Positions 26,401 to 46,316 of a DNA stretch of 64,000 bases are shown here, piece by piece. Positions within the stretch are counted from its first letter, which is position 1, and each line of letters begins with the position of its first letter. The stretch lies in NCBI GenBank assembly GCA_965113315.1, contig OZ220377.1. One strand, given 5' to 3'. Source of the stretch: Podarcis vaucheri (lineage: Eukaryota). The notes beneath the pieces were generated by a model, which worked only from the letters and a program-made list of their open reading frames with translations, did not search any database and was not told the origin of the DNA. The translations under genes and the position numbers were made by a program.

Positions 26401-29400
26401 TGACCAACCTGCAAGTGTCACACTTGGCTTGTATGTCCTCTTAACTTTGGGACGGGGGTTTGAACTCCCTGGGAACTGGATGCCCTAATAATAGCTTGGC
26501 TGTCACTGTGGAGCCTCCAGGGCAGAGTTCTAGTGGGTCTCCAGGCAGGCTCAGATTGTGGATGTTTAACCCCTTCTTCCTGAATTTCCAAACCATCAGT
26601 AATCTTTGCAAGATAATATATGTGTCCAAGGCAGAATTTTAGTTTTTTAACTTCTATTCCAATTCACAGGAGCTGAAAGAGAGGCTCTCTGAACTGAAGA
26701 AGCTGTGTCGAAGCCTTTTCTTCCGTGTGGAGGAGAGAAGGAAGTGGCCAGACCGTCTAGCTACCCTGGAAAGCTTACTCAATCACTCCAATATTTTCCT
26801 CAAGTATGAGCAACCAAGACATCTTTAGTAGGAGAGGAGGGGACTTGGGTTGGGGCAGAGGGGATTGCCTTACTTACACTAGCAGCTGAGATCAGCACTC
26901 TCTGGAACCAAAGGGTGTGCATGGGGAGCTGTGCAATGCAGCTGTTTGAATCTCAGCAAGGCAACCAGGAGACAAAGAAGCAGCTCACTTTCAGTGAAAC
27001 CATTTTTGGTTGTACCACACAACAGTTTTATTTTAATAAGGGTTGTTCTCAAGCTGATAGTGGAACTCATGGAGGAATAGCAACAGGTTCCAGTGCTGTA
27101 GTGTCCTCTTGCTAAAAGTTACATATGAAAATGGTCTCCATTTGTGAGAAGTTGAGTTTCTTAGCATGGAACGCTAAATTCTTACCCATGAGAGTTGGTT
27201 TCCAAATCTCTGCTACCTTGAAAGGAAGTAAGGGTGTATATCAAGGACCAAGATAATTACACATGTGCATGCTGCTGTAAGGGTGTGGTGGAGTTTGCTT
27301 TTCTTACGGAGGGCTGGTATTTTGCCGTAGTCGTACATACTGGGGTTTTTTTCCTTTCCTTGAGCAATATATACCGTATTTTTCGCTCTATAACACGCAC
27401 CCGACCATAACACGCACGTAGTTTTTAGAGGAGGAAAATCCGTAGGCATGCCACCCGTAGGCATTCCCTCCATAACACGCACAGACATTTCCCCTTACTT
27501 TTTAGGAGGGAAAAAGTGAGTGTTATGGTGCAAAAAATACGGTATTTTTATGTAGAACTCCGGAGTTGCTGATTCCATGTCTTTGTCACCAAATAGAAAG
27601 GAAAATTGTTTGAGGCAAAATAAATTGGCACTCATGGTCACTGGGGGGGAAATCCCGCTTTGTAACCATCTCCCGAAGTTTCACCTGTTGTCCATCTCAC
27701 TTGTTAACATGGTTGTCAAACTTAGCAGTTGAAATTAGCTAGAAATGTTCTATCGTAGATACTTCTGTGCTGCATCCTGTGTCCCAGTTGTCACTTTTCC
27801 TAGAATAGTAAAGCTGAAGGTGTTGTCTTTAGCAGTTGTTGTTGGCTGCACAGGAGCCAGTTACACCAACTAGAGAGCTTTAATATAGTGTGAAAACTGC
27901 TTCAGGGCAAGAGGGAGACACATTTCTCATTCATTTTTTTCAGGGGAGCTCGCATGATCCCGGAGGCTGATCAGTTATTCACAGAGGTGGAGCTAAGCAC
28001 CTTGGAAAAAGCTATAAACGAGACAACGGTAAGGAGTGCAGAAAATCTCTTCAGTATCCAAACTATGTGCGTTCATGCATGTGCACGTCTTGTCCATTCT
28101 GCTCTAGGCTCCAAAAGATACCCCTTTTGGTCTTTTTACTTAGAATGTTGTGATTCAGTTCACAGGTAAACCTAAGAATCCTGCCAAAATACAGTAAGCC
28201 CACAACTTGTGCTCACTTTATGGAGTGGGGGGTATGAATGGATGGTTGTACAAATAGGGCTCAGCAGAGGCCAGATGGAGCTTTTAAGCAGTGATTATGC
28301 ACTGAGTAGTGGAGTTGTGTCAGGTCAGAAGGCCATTGGCACTTGGTAATGAACAGCACCAAACAAGGCTGGTCTTATCAGGTGGAGCCTAAGGATAATA
28401 TGTTTTCCTGGGTTTGTTTGTTTTAGTTGTGGAAGAATGAGACCCTGGCAGAACAGACCAAGCTGTCACCCGCCGAGAAGCCTATTCTGCTTTCCAAAGA
28501 CATTGAGCTGAAGATTGCAGCTCTGGACAGGGAAGTGCAATACCTCCTCAACAAAGCCAAGTTTTCAAAGATCAGGCCCCCCAAGAAGAACACCACAAAA
28601 ACAGAAGCGGGCAAGAACACCACTGTGCCTCCTGAGGGTGAAAAAGTCATTCCTCCCAAGGATGAGAATCAAAAAGGTGAGATGGTCTCACAGCAGCATC
28701 AGTAGTCTTCTAATTCCCCTCTTCATATTCCCTGGTGTTTGAAACTAGCCCTGTGGAAGACTGCTTGGTGTAAAAGAGGGTCCTCAGTCTTTGCTGCCTC
28801 TTTTAGCCTTTGGTTGGTTGCTCCATGAGATGTGTTGTAAATGGTTCAAATTTCTCTTGGGTGATGTGGTGTGCATCCAGTTTGGTCATTGCACATACCT
28901 CTGCAACTATGGATACCTTTTTTTCTCCTTCCAACCAGATAAACCAGAAGATGCTAGCCCAGTCAAAGAACCACCCATAGAAGAAAAAGCACCACTGGAT
29001 GATGAATTGGGACCAGACTCTGGTAAGGAATGAATCGATTTATTTCGATCACTGAGCAGAACTCTGATAAGGAAATATTGGGCTGAGAGAATTGGAGTTC
29101 CCTAGGCCATGTGATTGCTTTTTCTTGGGTTCTCCACATCATAGTGGGAATTCAGGAACCTTTTATTCTGGAGCCATGCTATTGTGGTCCTCAAATTCAC
29201 AATGTGAAACGATGTAAGGAAACAAGTTATCCAAATTACTATTTTAATAGCCGTAGTCAATTCATACAGTTGATGCTGGGAAACTCCATGCCACCCTGGG
29301 AATTGGCTGCAAGACAGGGGGAGACGTGGCTGCTTTCAGAAAAGACACTGGGCACTGTGTTGCTCAAGGGGAACCAAGAGCATTTCCAACATTCAGGGAG

Positions 29401-30089
29401 GAAGGAGAAAAGACAGTAATACAGAGGGATGAGTTATTCCCAGACAAGGCTTGCTCTCTCCTCCTTGCCCTGCCAACCCAGGGGAAGGGTGCTCCTGGCA
29501 AAAGCTCCTCCCCAAGTGATCTCAACAGTCCTGATGGAGGAAGGGGCCTTGAGCATGTGTAGGGAATTTAAGTGGCACAAATGTGTGGGTTTAAAGTGCC
29601 ACAAAACAGATTGAATTTTTATGCAGCATGCATCTCAAGGATGGCAATGTATTTTTTCCCCCAATTACCCTTTTCTTACTTCCTATTTACCTCATCCCTG
29701 CACTGCACAAGGGTTGGCACTGGGAATCTTGAAGGACCAAATCCCTTTGGAACCGTCGAGGGTTAGGGTTGGGATTTGTTGAGGTAGCAACCCTTTACTT
29801 TTCAATTCCAAATGCTCTTCCATCCACTAATAGGTTTGAGTCTCAAGCCATGGCTTTATCTGCCTGCTCTTGCTTTCTAACCCTGCTACCCTGTTGCAGT
29901 TGCAGGAATTTTTCTTACTCTTTGTGTATCTGAACATGTTTCCCTGGTACTATCTTGTTTTGGAAACTTGTTGTCCATGCTGCACAGTTTTGATTCATTA
30001 CGGTTTTTCTGCTCTTGCTCTTTTCAGGGCCACAAACTGACAAGAGGTCGGAAACAAGGGAAGATACCAGAACCAATGATGAATTATAA
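15476..30089 (+). CDS. HYOU1: Hypoxia up-regulated 1 (ORP150/GRP170), ER Hsp70-family nucleotide exchange factor, 992 aa, 24 coding exons
   Basis: Exons: 15476-15542, 17640-17733, 18331-18409, 18824-18978, 19233-19309, 19439-19620, 20609-20724, 21192-21375, 21610-21744, 21943-22025, 22131-22263, 22466-22653, 23212-23350, 23434-23494, 24018-24100, 24443-24616, 25200-25402, 25556-25643, 25960-26082, 26670-26803, 27944-28028, 28427-28676, 28939-29022, 30028-30089 (2979 nt). Signal peptide [16 protein letters not shown]; Hsp70 motifs [36 protein letters not shown]; C-terminal NDEL ER-retention signal. Confidence 0.97.
15730..15866. mobile_element. hAT-like MITE nested in a minus-strand tRNA-SINE
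   Basis: CAGGGTTTCCCAAA ... TTTGGGGAACCCTG inverted termini; the SINE tail lies to the left (15683-15729) and the SINE body to the right. Confidence 0.6.
20386..20465 (-). repeat. (ATT)n microsatellite, likely the tail of a LINE fragment
   Basis: Long ATT array followed by gggttgccccagccactctg, which also occurs in the LINE 3' end near 51000. Confidence 0.75.
27374..27542. mobile_element. Tc1/mariner-superfamily MITE
   Basis: TA-CCGTATTTTT ... AAAAATACGG-TA; internal repeats of ATAACACGCAC. Confidence 0.85.
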
Positions 30090-31667
30090 CAGTTCCTTAA
30101 CCCCCCCCCCTTGCACCAACACCTATTTATTTACAGTTAACTCCATTGTTTTTATGATGGACCTGGTTAGTGGAACATGGCGCAGACTGACAACAAAATG
30201 CAATAGAGCTGTACATTTTGTTTTTCTTTCTGTTGGGGATTTATTTGTTGCTGATTTTGGTGTGTTGTCTTGTCTCTTCCTTTCTTTAAAAATGACTTTG
30301 AGCTCACTGGGCACTCGTGCTGTGTTTTCCACAGCACTGTCCCCTGAATTGCACTTCTAACCAGTAGGTTTAAATCTACCTGAAACTGTTCTAGGAAATG
30401 ACAGTTGGCATCAGCAGTTTTTTGGGCTATGCTTCACCTTCTGGAAACATTATTTGTCTGCAACTGGAAATATCAAATTGGAACCTTCTGCTTCAGCCTC
30501 ATCATGTTATGGTTCATCAACTAGGTTTGAATGAGCAAGTCCCTTTATATTCTTACTCTTGGCTGTTGATGGACAGTTTTCTCTTTTGGGGGTGTCTGTG
30601 CAACTGAAATGGATGAAACAGGAGTGGAGAGTAAAAGAAGTTGACAATGCATGGAAGGAAAACCAAAATGCTCAAACAGATAACTTATACGACTCTCCTT
30701 TCAGAAGTATTTATCAGACAGCTGTAGCATAGCAGGGATGGCCACTGATGAGACATGCATCCCTGATTCTTATTATCAGTTACTTCCTTTAGCAAAACTC
30801 CCTAATGCCAGTCATTTTCTAAGAGGCCCATGAAACTATGCTGTTGTAATAAAGCAGGAAGTCTGATCTATCCCAGAAAGGTACAGGTTTTCTTTACCTA
30901 TTTTATTTGCTCCTCAAGTTTGTAGATTTGCTTTCTAATTGCCTTCCCAGCAACACTGGGCACTGTTCTTAGTCTTGCCATTTCCTAATACTGCTGATGT
31001 TATATGGTGATTTGGGAAGCTGGCTTACAAAGCTTGCTGTCTTGGGTGGTGAATGCACATTTTTGTGTGTGTGCACCTTTTATTTACTAGCTCAGTCACC
31101 CTACTGGCAGCTGAACTTTCCACTTTGGCCACCTAGTAGTGTAGTAGGGACAGCTTTGGCTATAGGACAAATAATTGTGATACTTCAGTTTTCAGAAGTA
31201 CAAATCAGTCCAACTGCACATAAAGTAGAATATGTAAAGATGTCACAAAGTAGAGGAAAAACTTCATCGAGCCCTTTTTACTTCAGTTTTCCCCTCTACA
31301 CACAACGTCCAAACTGTTCAAAGGAATATATGTATACCATGCTGAGACCCTGTTTTCTTTAACATCATTGCTCAGCAACTCATTCCTAAGCACTGCCTCC
31401 TAGTCCCTAAAATCAATTTGGAAATGTGTTCTTCTCTTGAATTAATTTCAAGACGTCTTTGTCTTAACTTGCAGCTTTGAGGAATTATTTCTCTAGTATT
31501 CAGGCAGAAGTGGTATGCCAAATGCTACAGGCTCCTAGAACAAGGCAAATGTGAGAAATTAATACTAAATTGTGTGCTGCCTATTGTAATGCCCCCTTTC
31601 CTCTTCATTTCAACAAGCTTTATACTTGTGCTTGGAAGTTAAGCTTGCCATCTTTCCCAGTTGTGTG

Positions 31668-31670
<3 letters not shown>

Positions 31671-31701
<31 letters not shown>
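31671..31701 (+). repeat. (AC)n microsatellite in the presumed HYOU1 3'UTR
   Basis: Pure AC dinucleotide run. Confidence 0.9.
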
Positions 31702-31702
<1 letters not shown>

Positions 31703-32318
31703 GTGTTTTTGCCTTTGTTAAAATGTGCATTGAATATTTGGATTTTGATGAAAATGGAGTTTAAAACCTTATTAAAAACAAAGCGACTGTTTCTGCATAC
31801 CTCTGTTTTGAGCAGAATGTGCATTCTACTGTGAGCATTGATAAAGTAATTGGAATTTGAATGTAAATCTTGGTTTCCTGAAAAACAGTTCCCTGAATTT
31901 GTCTTGTGCTGTGTCTGTCTTTTCTTAAAAATTTCCCCCTTTTGAACAGGGCAGGCTTAGAAGTTTTAATTTCTCTGTCATGGGAATGTAATTTGGGAGT
32001 GAAGGAGGAATGTTCCCTCTTCCATTCCTCTGCTGCTGCCTAAAACCCAACTAAGCCTAATCCAGAAAGCCAGTAGGCAAGAGAGTACCTTGTGCTGCCA
32101 CCTTTGTGTGCTCTGCAGAAATTGTGCAAGTTCCCTCTGCCATATTGGCACTTACTTAGCTGTGGAGTCTGGGGTTGTTTGTTTTACATCAATGTTCAGG
32201 TGCTCGTTGGTCAGTTCTGTTAACTTTTTTTTCTGGAGGGAGGAAAGGAGAAAGCGGGTGGTGATCACATTTTAAGTCATTCAGTTGAAATGTATTTGCT
32301 CCTTTTGAAAATGGTTTC

Positions 32319-32324
32319 AATAAA
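32319..32324 (+). terminator. Candidate HYOU1 polyadenylation signal
   Basis: AATAAA ~2.2 kb after the stop codon; an ATTAAA at ~31771 is an alternative. Confidence 0.5.
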
Positions 32325-32800
32325 ATAACTTGCTTTTCTAAAAAACAACAACACTCTTTTTAAATGGAAGAATGAAAATTGGTGGAGCCTACACTGGCTA
32401 CCCTCTCAAACAGATGGATCCTAAAGTGCCACCTACTACCTGCTGCAGTGATGGATTTCTAAAAGGTGAGGGGCTGCCTGTTTGGTAATCCCTAACCCAT
32501 CCAGGCCTCCTGTGCAGGCAGTGAGAATTGGCCATGGTGCCTAAGTGCAGTTTTTCTTTCCTCTCCCTTCCCCTCCATATTGGTGGATGCATTCTAGAGC
32601 TTGGGTAGTCAAGTCTGGTGCCCTCCAGGGGCTAGGCCCCTATTCTTTTAAGCCTGAATGGCTTAAGCCCAAAGGCAGTCCTACAACATCTGATGACCAC
32701 CATATTGGCTACCTTTACTTGTGTGATTTTTTTCTTGTCCCTGAACCTCTTTTTAGTTTGGAATCTTGTCTCATGTTAAGCCCCCACTATATAAAAGGGT

Positions 32801-33155
32801 TGGGACGCGGGTGGCGCTGTGGGTAAAAGCCTCAGCGCCTAGGGCTTGCCGATCGAAAGGTCGGCGGTTCGAATCCCCGCGGCGGGATGCGCTCCCGTTG
32901 TTCGGTCCCAGCGCCTGCCAACCTAGCAGTTCGAAAGCACCCTCGGGTGCAAGTAGATAAATAGGGACCGCTTACTAGCGGGAAGGTAAACGGCGTTTCC
33001 GTGTGCGGCTCTGGCTCGCCAGAGCAGCGATGTCACGCTGGCCACGTGACCCGGAAGTGTCTCCGGACAGCGCTGGCCCCTGGCCTCTTGAGTGAGATGG
33101 GCACACAACCCCAGAGTCTGTCAAGACTGGCCCGTACGGGCAGGGGTACCTTTAC
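32801..33155 (+). mobile_element. Full-length Sauria-type SINE with 14-bp target-site duplication
   Basis: tRNA-like head with A box GGTGGCGCTGTGG and B box GGTTCGAATCC; core GCCAACCTAGCAGTTCGAAA; tail ACCTTTACC; TSD CTATATAAAAGGGT at 32787-32800 and 33156-33169. Confidence 0.92.
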
Positions 33156-33419
33156 CTATATAAAAGGGTGTGTTTGATGTTTTTTCCTAAACTTTAAATA
33201 CTCCTAGCATGAAGGCAGGGCCTTGTTTGGTGTGGTGCTTGATGCCTTCAGTTGGGGTTTCATTTTTGACAGGAGGGACAGGGAGGCTGTTGCCTTGGTG
33301 ATCGTTCCTCTTTGGAAGTCGCTGGCCAAGGGGAGGAAATCTGAACACTTTTTATTTTTATGTTTCTTTTTTTTTATGCCCCCCTTCAGCTTCTCAAGGT
33401 GCTTCCTACTTAAAATGCT

Positions 33420-34340
33420 GTCAGCGCAGCCTTTGGCTGCCTCAAAAGGCGCAGCCGCTTCTCGTCGTTACTTTTTGGCGGGAAAAGTGATTCAAACTTG
33501 GAAGGCCGCCGGTCTTTCAGTAGTGGGAAGTGCGCGTGCGCTGCAGCTTGGCTTGGTACTGAGGCCGACGGGGAAACAGGTAAAGGAGGCCAAACACGGA
33601 TGGCGACCCTCCTTAGAAAGGAAAGCGTTACCATAGGAAACCGCGCGAGAGGCAGGGATTGGCCGGAAGCTCTTACCTGTCGACACGGACAATATGGATT
33701 GGAGGAGCCCGGAGAGTGGCGTGCCCCTTGCCCAATAGCCGAGGAGAATGCTTTCCGCAAGGCGGAGCTCCAAGCTGCGGGTCGCTGAGGAGCCACTATC
33801 AGGTTAGCCCACTTTTCCTGCGGCTGGCGCAGAGGAACCACCGCGGCCGGTTGGTGGGTTGGCGGCGGCGAATGGTCCACGTCTGGCTTGGGCAAGCGCC
33901 CTTGAATTGTATGGGCCCAAGGTGCCCGGGCCGACGTTGATGGGCGCCCGGAGGCCTTTGGGAGCGGGAGGGGGCCGCTGCAGCGAGCGTGATAAAAGTT
34001 TCTTCCTGCGTCCTCGCGACCTTTCCTTCCCTTGTTGTGTGGATCTATACTAAAGGTTCACCCCTGCCGCGCCGCTGTCCTCTCGGAGGGTGAAGGGATG
34101 GGGCCACGGCGCTCCCCTGAACCCGTCCACAGGCGGAAGGAGTGGAATGCGAATAGCCTCCGCCCGGGGTCGGGGGACCTGTCCGGTCTCTTGACTGCCT
34201 CTGCACCTTCAATTGCCTTTCCTGTCTGGCTCCGTATGGGGTACGTGCCAGGCACCCCCACAAACACCCGAGACTCAAGATCCTGCCGTTTCTCGATTTA
34301 GCCCCATCTCTGCCTAGACCACGTCACGCGGGAAGGTGTT
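33420..34340 (+). promoter_or_regulatory. CpG island, likely distal (ubiquitous) promoter and non-coding first exon of SLC37A4
   Basis: CpG-dense island with CCAAT/ATTGG and ETS (CCGGAAG) motifs ~5 kb upstream of the SLC37A4 ATG; no recognisable CDS of its own. Confidence 0.65.
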
Positions 34341-37300
34341 TTATATTACGCGGCATTAAAATTCGTTATTGTTTTAGCCAAGTAGCCTTTGGCACCTCAA
34401 TATATATGTTTGTATTTCTTTTAATACAGCATTGTACTTTTTAAAATTGTTGTCATACTTCCTGCGTTCACATGATGAAAAGGGGGTAAGAAATTGGATA
34501 ATATTTGGATTGTTTGTTTTCATAAATACAAACGTATATATGGAAATGAAAAATAAAGGGAGTGCAGCTCCTAATATATAGCGTCATGCTCCAATCCCAA
34601 ACTTTTTAAATTCAGATATTCGCTTAAAGTATACAGAATTATCTCAGGCTAACTGTTAACTCCACCGTAACTATTGCCTCCTTCCCCTTATTAATTATTA
34701 AATTAAACTTTACTAGTCACTTGTAACCCAAAGGGTCTCTGAGGAATGTAGGTTGGAATATATATGTGTGTGTATGACAATGGCATACAGAAATACATTA
34801 CGTCGTATACTACATTAATATTACATACAGCACAGCGTATTAGGAAAACACACAAACCCCCATTTGTTGGCATCCGTCTGTCTCAAGAGACAATGAAAGA
34901 GTTCACCATCAGAGATAAAGTCAAACAGTTGGAGAGTTACAGCACCTGTTGTGGCTGTAGAAACCAATACGAGAGAGACATGTGTTATTGCAGGTGGGGT
35001 AAATGAAGGCATCTGGTTTTGCTGCTGCAGATGCATCACAGCGTTTCATGACCTGACACTCTCCAGGCACTGCAGTTGTCTGCAAGGGTTTCCATATGGC
35101 GAGGTTAATGTTGTCAGCCTTCATGTCACATTTGCAGACATCTTTGTAATGCAGAATTGGTCTGCCAGTGCCAACCTAGTGTCTGAAAGCAAGCCCCTCC
35201 TAAAGCACATCCTTGGGGATCCTGTTCTACTTAGGAAGAGACACTAATAGGCAGCTGTTCACACAGAATTGTCTTCACTATAAAATGTAATGTAAAGTAT
35301 CCTGTAACACAGTCTTAGTGGTGTAACAAGTGACTAGATAAAAATTTTACTCTGAAAAAGTGTACATAATAGCATTTGCAACCATGTAATGTCCTTGGCC
35401 CAGTCCTCCAGCTTGGCTGACTGCCCATTGCCGGCAGTTACCCAATTGTAAAGTTATCTCTGTTAATTATTCTTTGGCCTAAATTCAGTAGAGGGAAAGC
35501 TCCGCTGACTTCATCAGACTTGTATCAGAACCATTTTGATGGACTTTCCTTTATTGATTTTGCTTGCTGGTTTCTAAGCCCTTTTAGGCTCTAGAAATTC
35601 ATACTGTTTAAGTAAGATATGGGATCTCCTTCAGAGGGCTGTGAAAAACTGGGATAAATGTGACCATGCTCTTATCACACTTGCTCAGGACAAATGTCTG
35701 CAAGCTGCTTCACTGTGTCCCAGGAATAAACCCTTCTAAAAAGCAAGTAGTTGGGGGACCTCATAGGACTTTCAGCTGAATCTTGGATCTAAGATCATTT
35801 ATAATCTAAAAAGAGTGGGATGATCCTAGCTAAAAAGAGGTGACATTTAAAGGACTTCTTGTTAAGGACCCTTGAAATTGCAGGACTCTGTAACCCGTTT
35901 ATAATTTTAGGTGGTCCCACATCTGTGCGGGGAGTCTGAGTACTGCCTTGTCCATTTCAACTTCATTCTACTTTGCTCTCTACTAGCTCACTTTTCCAGA
36001 CAATTTATCCTTTTGTTACAAAGTCCCTGTGACAGGACACAAAAATGGCAGCAAACTACAGTAGTGCTGTCTAGCAACACTGCAGTGAAATTATCACATG
36101 TCAAAGCAGATTTTTAATCTCTGAATGAGATTTATTCTTGGAACTCCTTAAAAGAAGCAAGGAAACTTTTTTAAAAGTGGGGGGAGACATTTTTCAGCTC
36201 ATGGACAATTGTTTTGCAGAGATGACATATCAGTGGTGCCCAGAGCAGGAAGCAAAAAGTGCGTAGAACAGCTGTAACTCTTACATCTGTACAAGAGGCT
36301 ACATTCCAGCAGTCAGCCACAAATTACCCATCCTTCCATCCATGCTAGCAAAAGGCATTATCACAGTTCAGGGACACATTCCAGCCACACAAAAGCACTT
36401 AAGAAGGGTACAGAGCTGAACCAGTTAGGAGAGTGGCATGAGGGCTGGGTAGAAAGGCTTGGAGGGTTGCATTTGGCCTCAGCTCAGATTCCCCATGCTG
36501 TCTTGGGGGACTTTTACTTTGCCCCATGGCATATATGCTATGGAGTGCCACAAGAGTGTTTCATTCTTTCTGTTGTTTAAGAAGAAGAGCAGTCGCTAAT
36601 ATGCTGTTTACACTCAGCTCTATCCTTTTCATATAGGATTCATGTGAGACAGGATGTTATGAGCAGGGGAATTGCGGTCTGCCATGGACCAGACAGATGC
36701 TAATAAACTTAACGGTAATAAGAAGAGGGCCAGTTCATCTAATCAACCACATGGTGGGTGTTCCCTTTTCTCATCCATTCCTCCTGTAAAAGTTTGCATC
36801 TTGGGGATGTCTTGATTAGATGCAGCCTTATGCTGGAAGCCCAGATGGCATCTAGCACAAGCCTTTCAGCAACTTGGGCTGATGCACCTACTGCACCTGG
36901 TAACCATTGTCTGTGACCTGGTAACATATAACTTGGATTACTGCAACACTTCTAGGAGCTGCCTTTGAAGACTACACATAAACATAAACTGATGCAAAAT
37001 ATGACAACTAAATTTATTGACTGGAACACACTGCATGGAATTGTGTCTGCATGTCTGTCTAAAACTTACCGTACTTTTCTGTTTTCATGGAATAAGCTGT
37101 TTTGGAATATTAATGATGGGTGAGATTACTCTAGTGCTTGGGGTACCTGTTTTTTTGCAGCCCTGGTTCTGTTGTGGCAGAGGACAGGCTGTTGAGCAAG
37201 TAGAGCTGGCCAAGAAACTAGCATGTTTATCAAATCCACAGAAGCACAGCATGCATAACATTAGGAACCTTAGTCTGGTGAGCAGAGTGCCCTAAGGTAC

Positions 37301-38114
37301 CTGAGCAGAAATAATAGAGACAAAGCCTGAACTTTTCCAGAAAAAGGAAGTGTTAATTATGATAAAATGGCAAGCAAAATTATGGAAGATTTTCCTCTTA
37401 TGGGCAGTCCCTTTAACATGGGATATGTTAAGATATGGTATACCCCAACAATCTAATCTTTCAGATGTGTGCTTAAAATCTTTCTATTTGCCCAAGCCTT
37501 TTCTGACTGAACTTTTCTGTTGTCATCCATATCAACTTTATTATTCTTGGTATACATTTTATACTTATCCTTGTTTTTTGTACACCACCCTGATATTTTA
37601 TAATGTGAGTGCTTTATAAATAATTAAAAACGGGGAGAAAGCTTAAAGGGAGATGGAGGGCAAAGGTGGACACAGAAAAAGATGTTCCAGTGTTTCTGCC
37701 AAGCTATATGGGGCAGGTAAAACAGGGCTGAGTCGAAAGCGGGTTTGCAAGCACAGCTGATCAGTCCTGTGCATATGGGCTTTCAAATCCCAAGAGTAAG
37801 CTGATTGTCTGGTCTTATGAAGCACTGTTTATGGGACTGTGTTAGTACTTTTCTGGATGTGCCTTTGCCTGCATGGTTTGATTTCAAACAGTGTGGGCAA
37901 AAGCAGTTCATCTAGTGCTTTAAATTGATTTGGATTTTAATTTTATGCTGCCTTTCTGTATTTTATGCTTTTATTTTTGTGCTTTTACATTTATACACCT
38001 TTATGTTTGTATTTTAGCTCTACATTTAGAAGCTTCCTTAGGATTTTTGATAAATTGAAAGGCAGAATAAAAGTCTTCCAAATTAATAAGCTTGGTGGTC
38101 CACTCTGGAAATAC

Positions 38115-38348
38115 AGTAGAGGGAAGTGTTTGGTTTTTAATTCACTTGCAGTATCAGGGCCATCACTCAGTGGTAGAGTCTCTACCTTGCATTCAAAAAG
38201 TCCCAGCTTCAACCCACAGCAGCCTGAGGTAGGGCTGGGAGATACCCCCATGCCAAAAGCTGGAGAGATTCTTGCTGCCTGTCCGTGTTGACAATACTGA
38301 GCTAGATGGACCCATGATCTGACTCTGTAAGGCAGCTGCCTATGTTCC
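38115..38348 (+). mobile_element. MIR/Ther1-related squamate SINE
   Basis: tRNA-like head (gggccatcactcagtggtagag), core gacaatactgagctagatggacc, end aaggcagctgcctatgtt; related copies at ~500-590, ~18085-18290 and ~57300-57467. Confidence 0.7.
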
Positions 38349-38740
38349 TGCCGATACAAGAGACAGCCTTCTTGCCTTACTGATTTTGACAAAGCAATCC
38401 ATCAGTGTCTGCGACTGCAGGATAATATCTTTACAGCTTTGCACCTTCTTTCAGGAGCAAGACTCTTTTCCTGGGAAGGGTGGTGCTAGGTAGACTGCCC
38501 AGCCCATAGGCAGCTTGCTTCTGCAGCAGGACTTAGTTCCTATCAAAGATTATGTTGTAGACCTGATTGAGGAAGGCATTGATTCCCCCCCCCCTTTACT
38601 CCATCGTGCTATTTGAGTTCAGGGGTCAGAGTGTAGTGGGAGTGAGGAAACCCTTGTTAATCTTTCTACTCGGAAGACAGCTCTGTTTATCCCAGGCTAG
38701 TGTCTCTTGTTTGTTTCACTGTAGGTGGATGGATTTATAC

Positions 38741-38782
38741 TGAACAGTGTGTCCAGCCATGTTCCCGGAGTTAATTATTCTC
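38741..38782 (+). promoter_or_regulatory. GRE-like and HNF1-like sites of a proximal SLC37A4 promoter
   Basis: TGAACA-GTG-TGTCCA 38741-38755 and GTTAATTATTCTC 38770-38782, 250-290 nt before the ATG. Confidence 0.5.
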
Positions 38783-39031
38783 CAGAAGGTGGCCGTGAGC
38801 AGAAAAGAGAGCAACAGCAAACTCCAGCAAACCTCCAGGCTCAGCAGAAACCCTGGCAAGCGCCTGCCGCTCAAGTGCTCTGACAGCTGCTGCTTCCCTG
38901 CCTCTCTCTCTTCTTTCTAGCACATTGGTGCCGCCACCCCTCTTCTCACATTTACTGTAAACTGGGATCTAAAGTCAGAACTGCTACAGGCACTTTCTCT
39001 CCGTTCTTAGAGGCACAGCTCTGAAATCGCA

Positions 39032-46316
<7,285 letters not shown>

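Noticed and set aside
33223-34301. Several 60-160-aa ORFs in the orphan CpG island
   Set aside because: No recognisable protein or coherent exon chain; interpreted as the SLC37A4 distal promoter.
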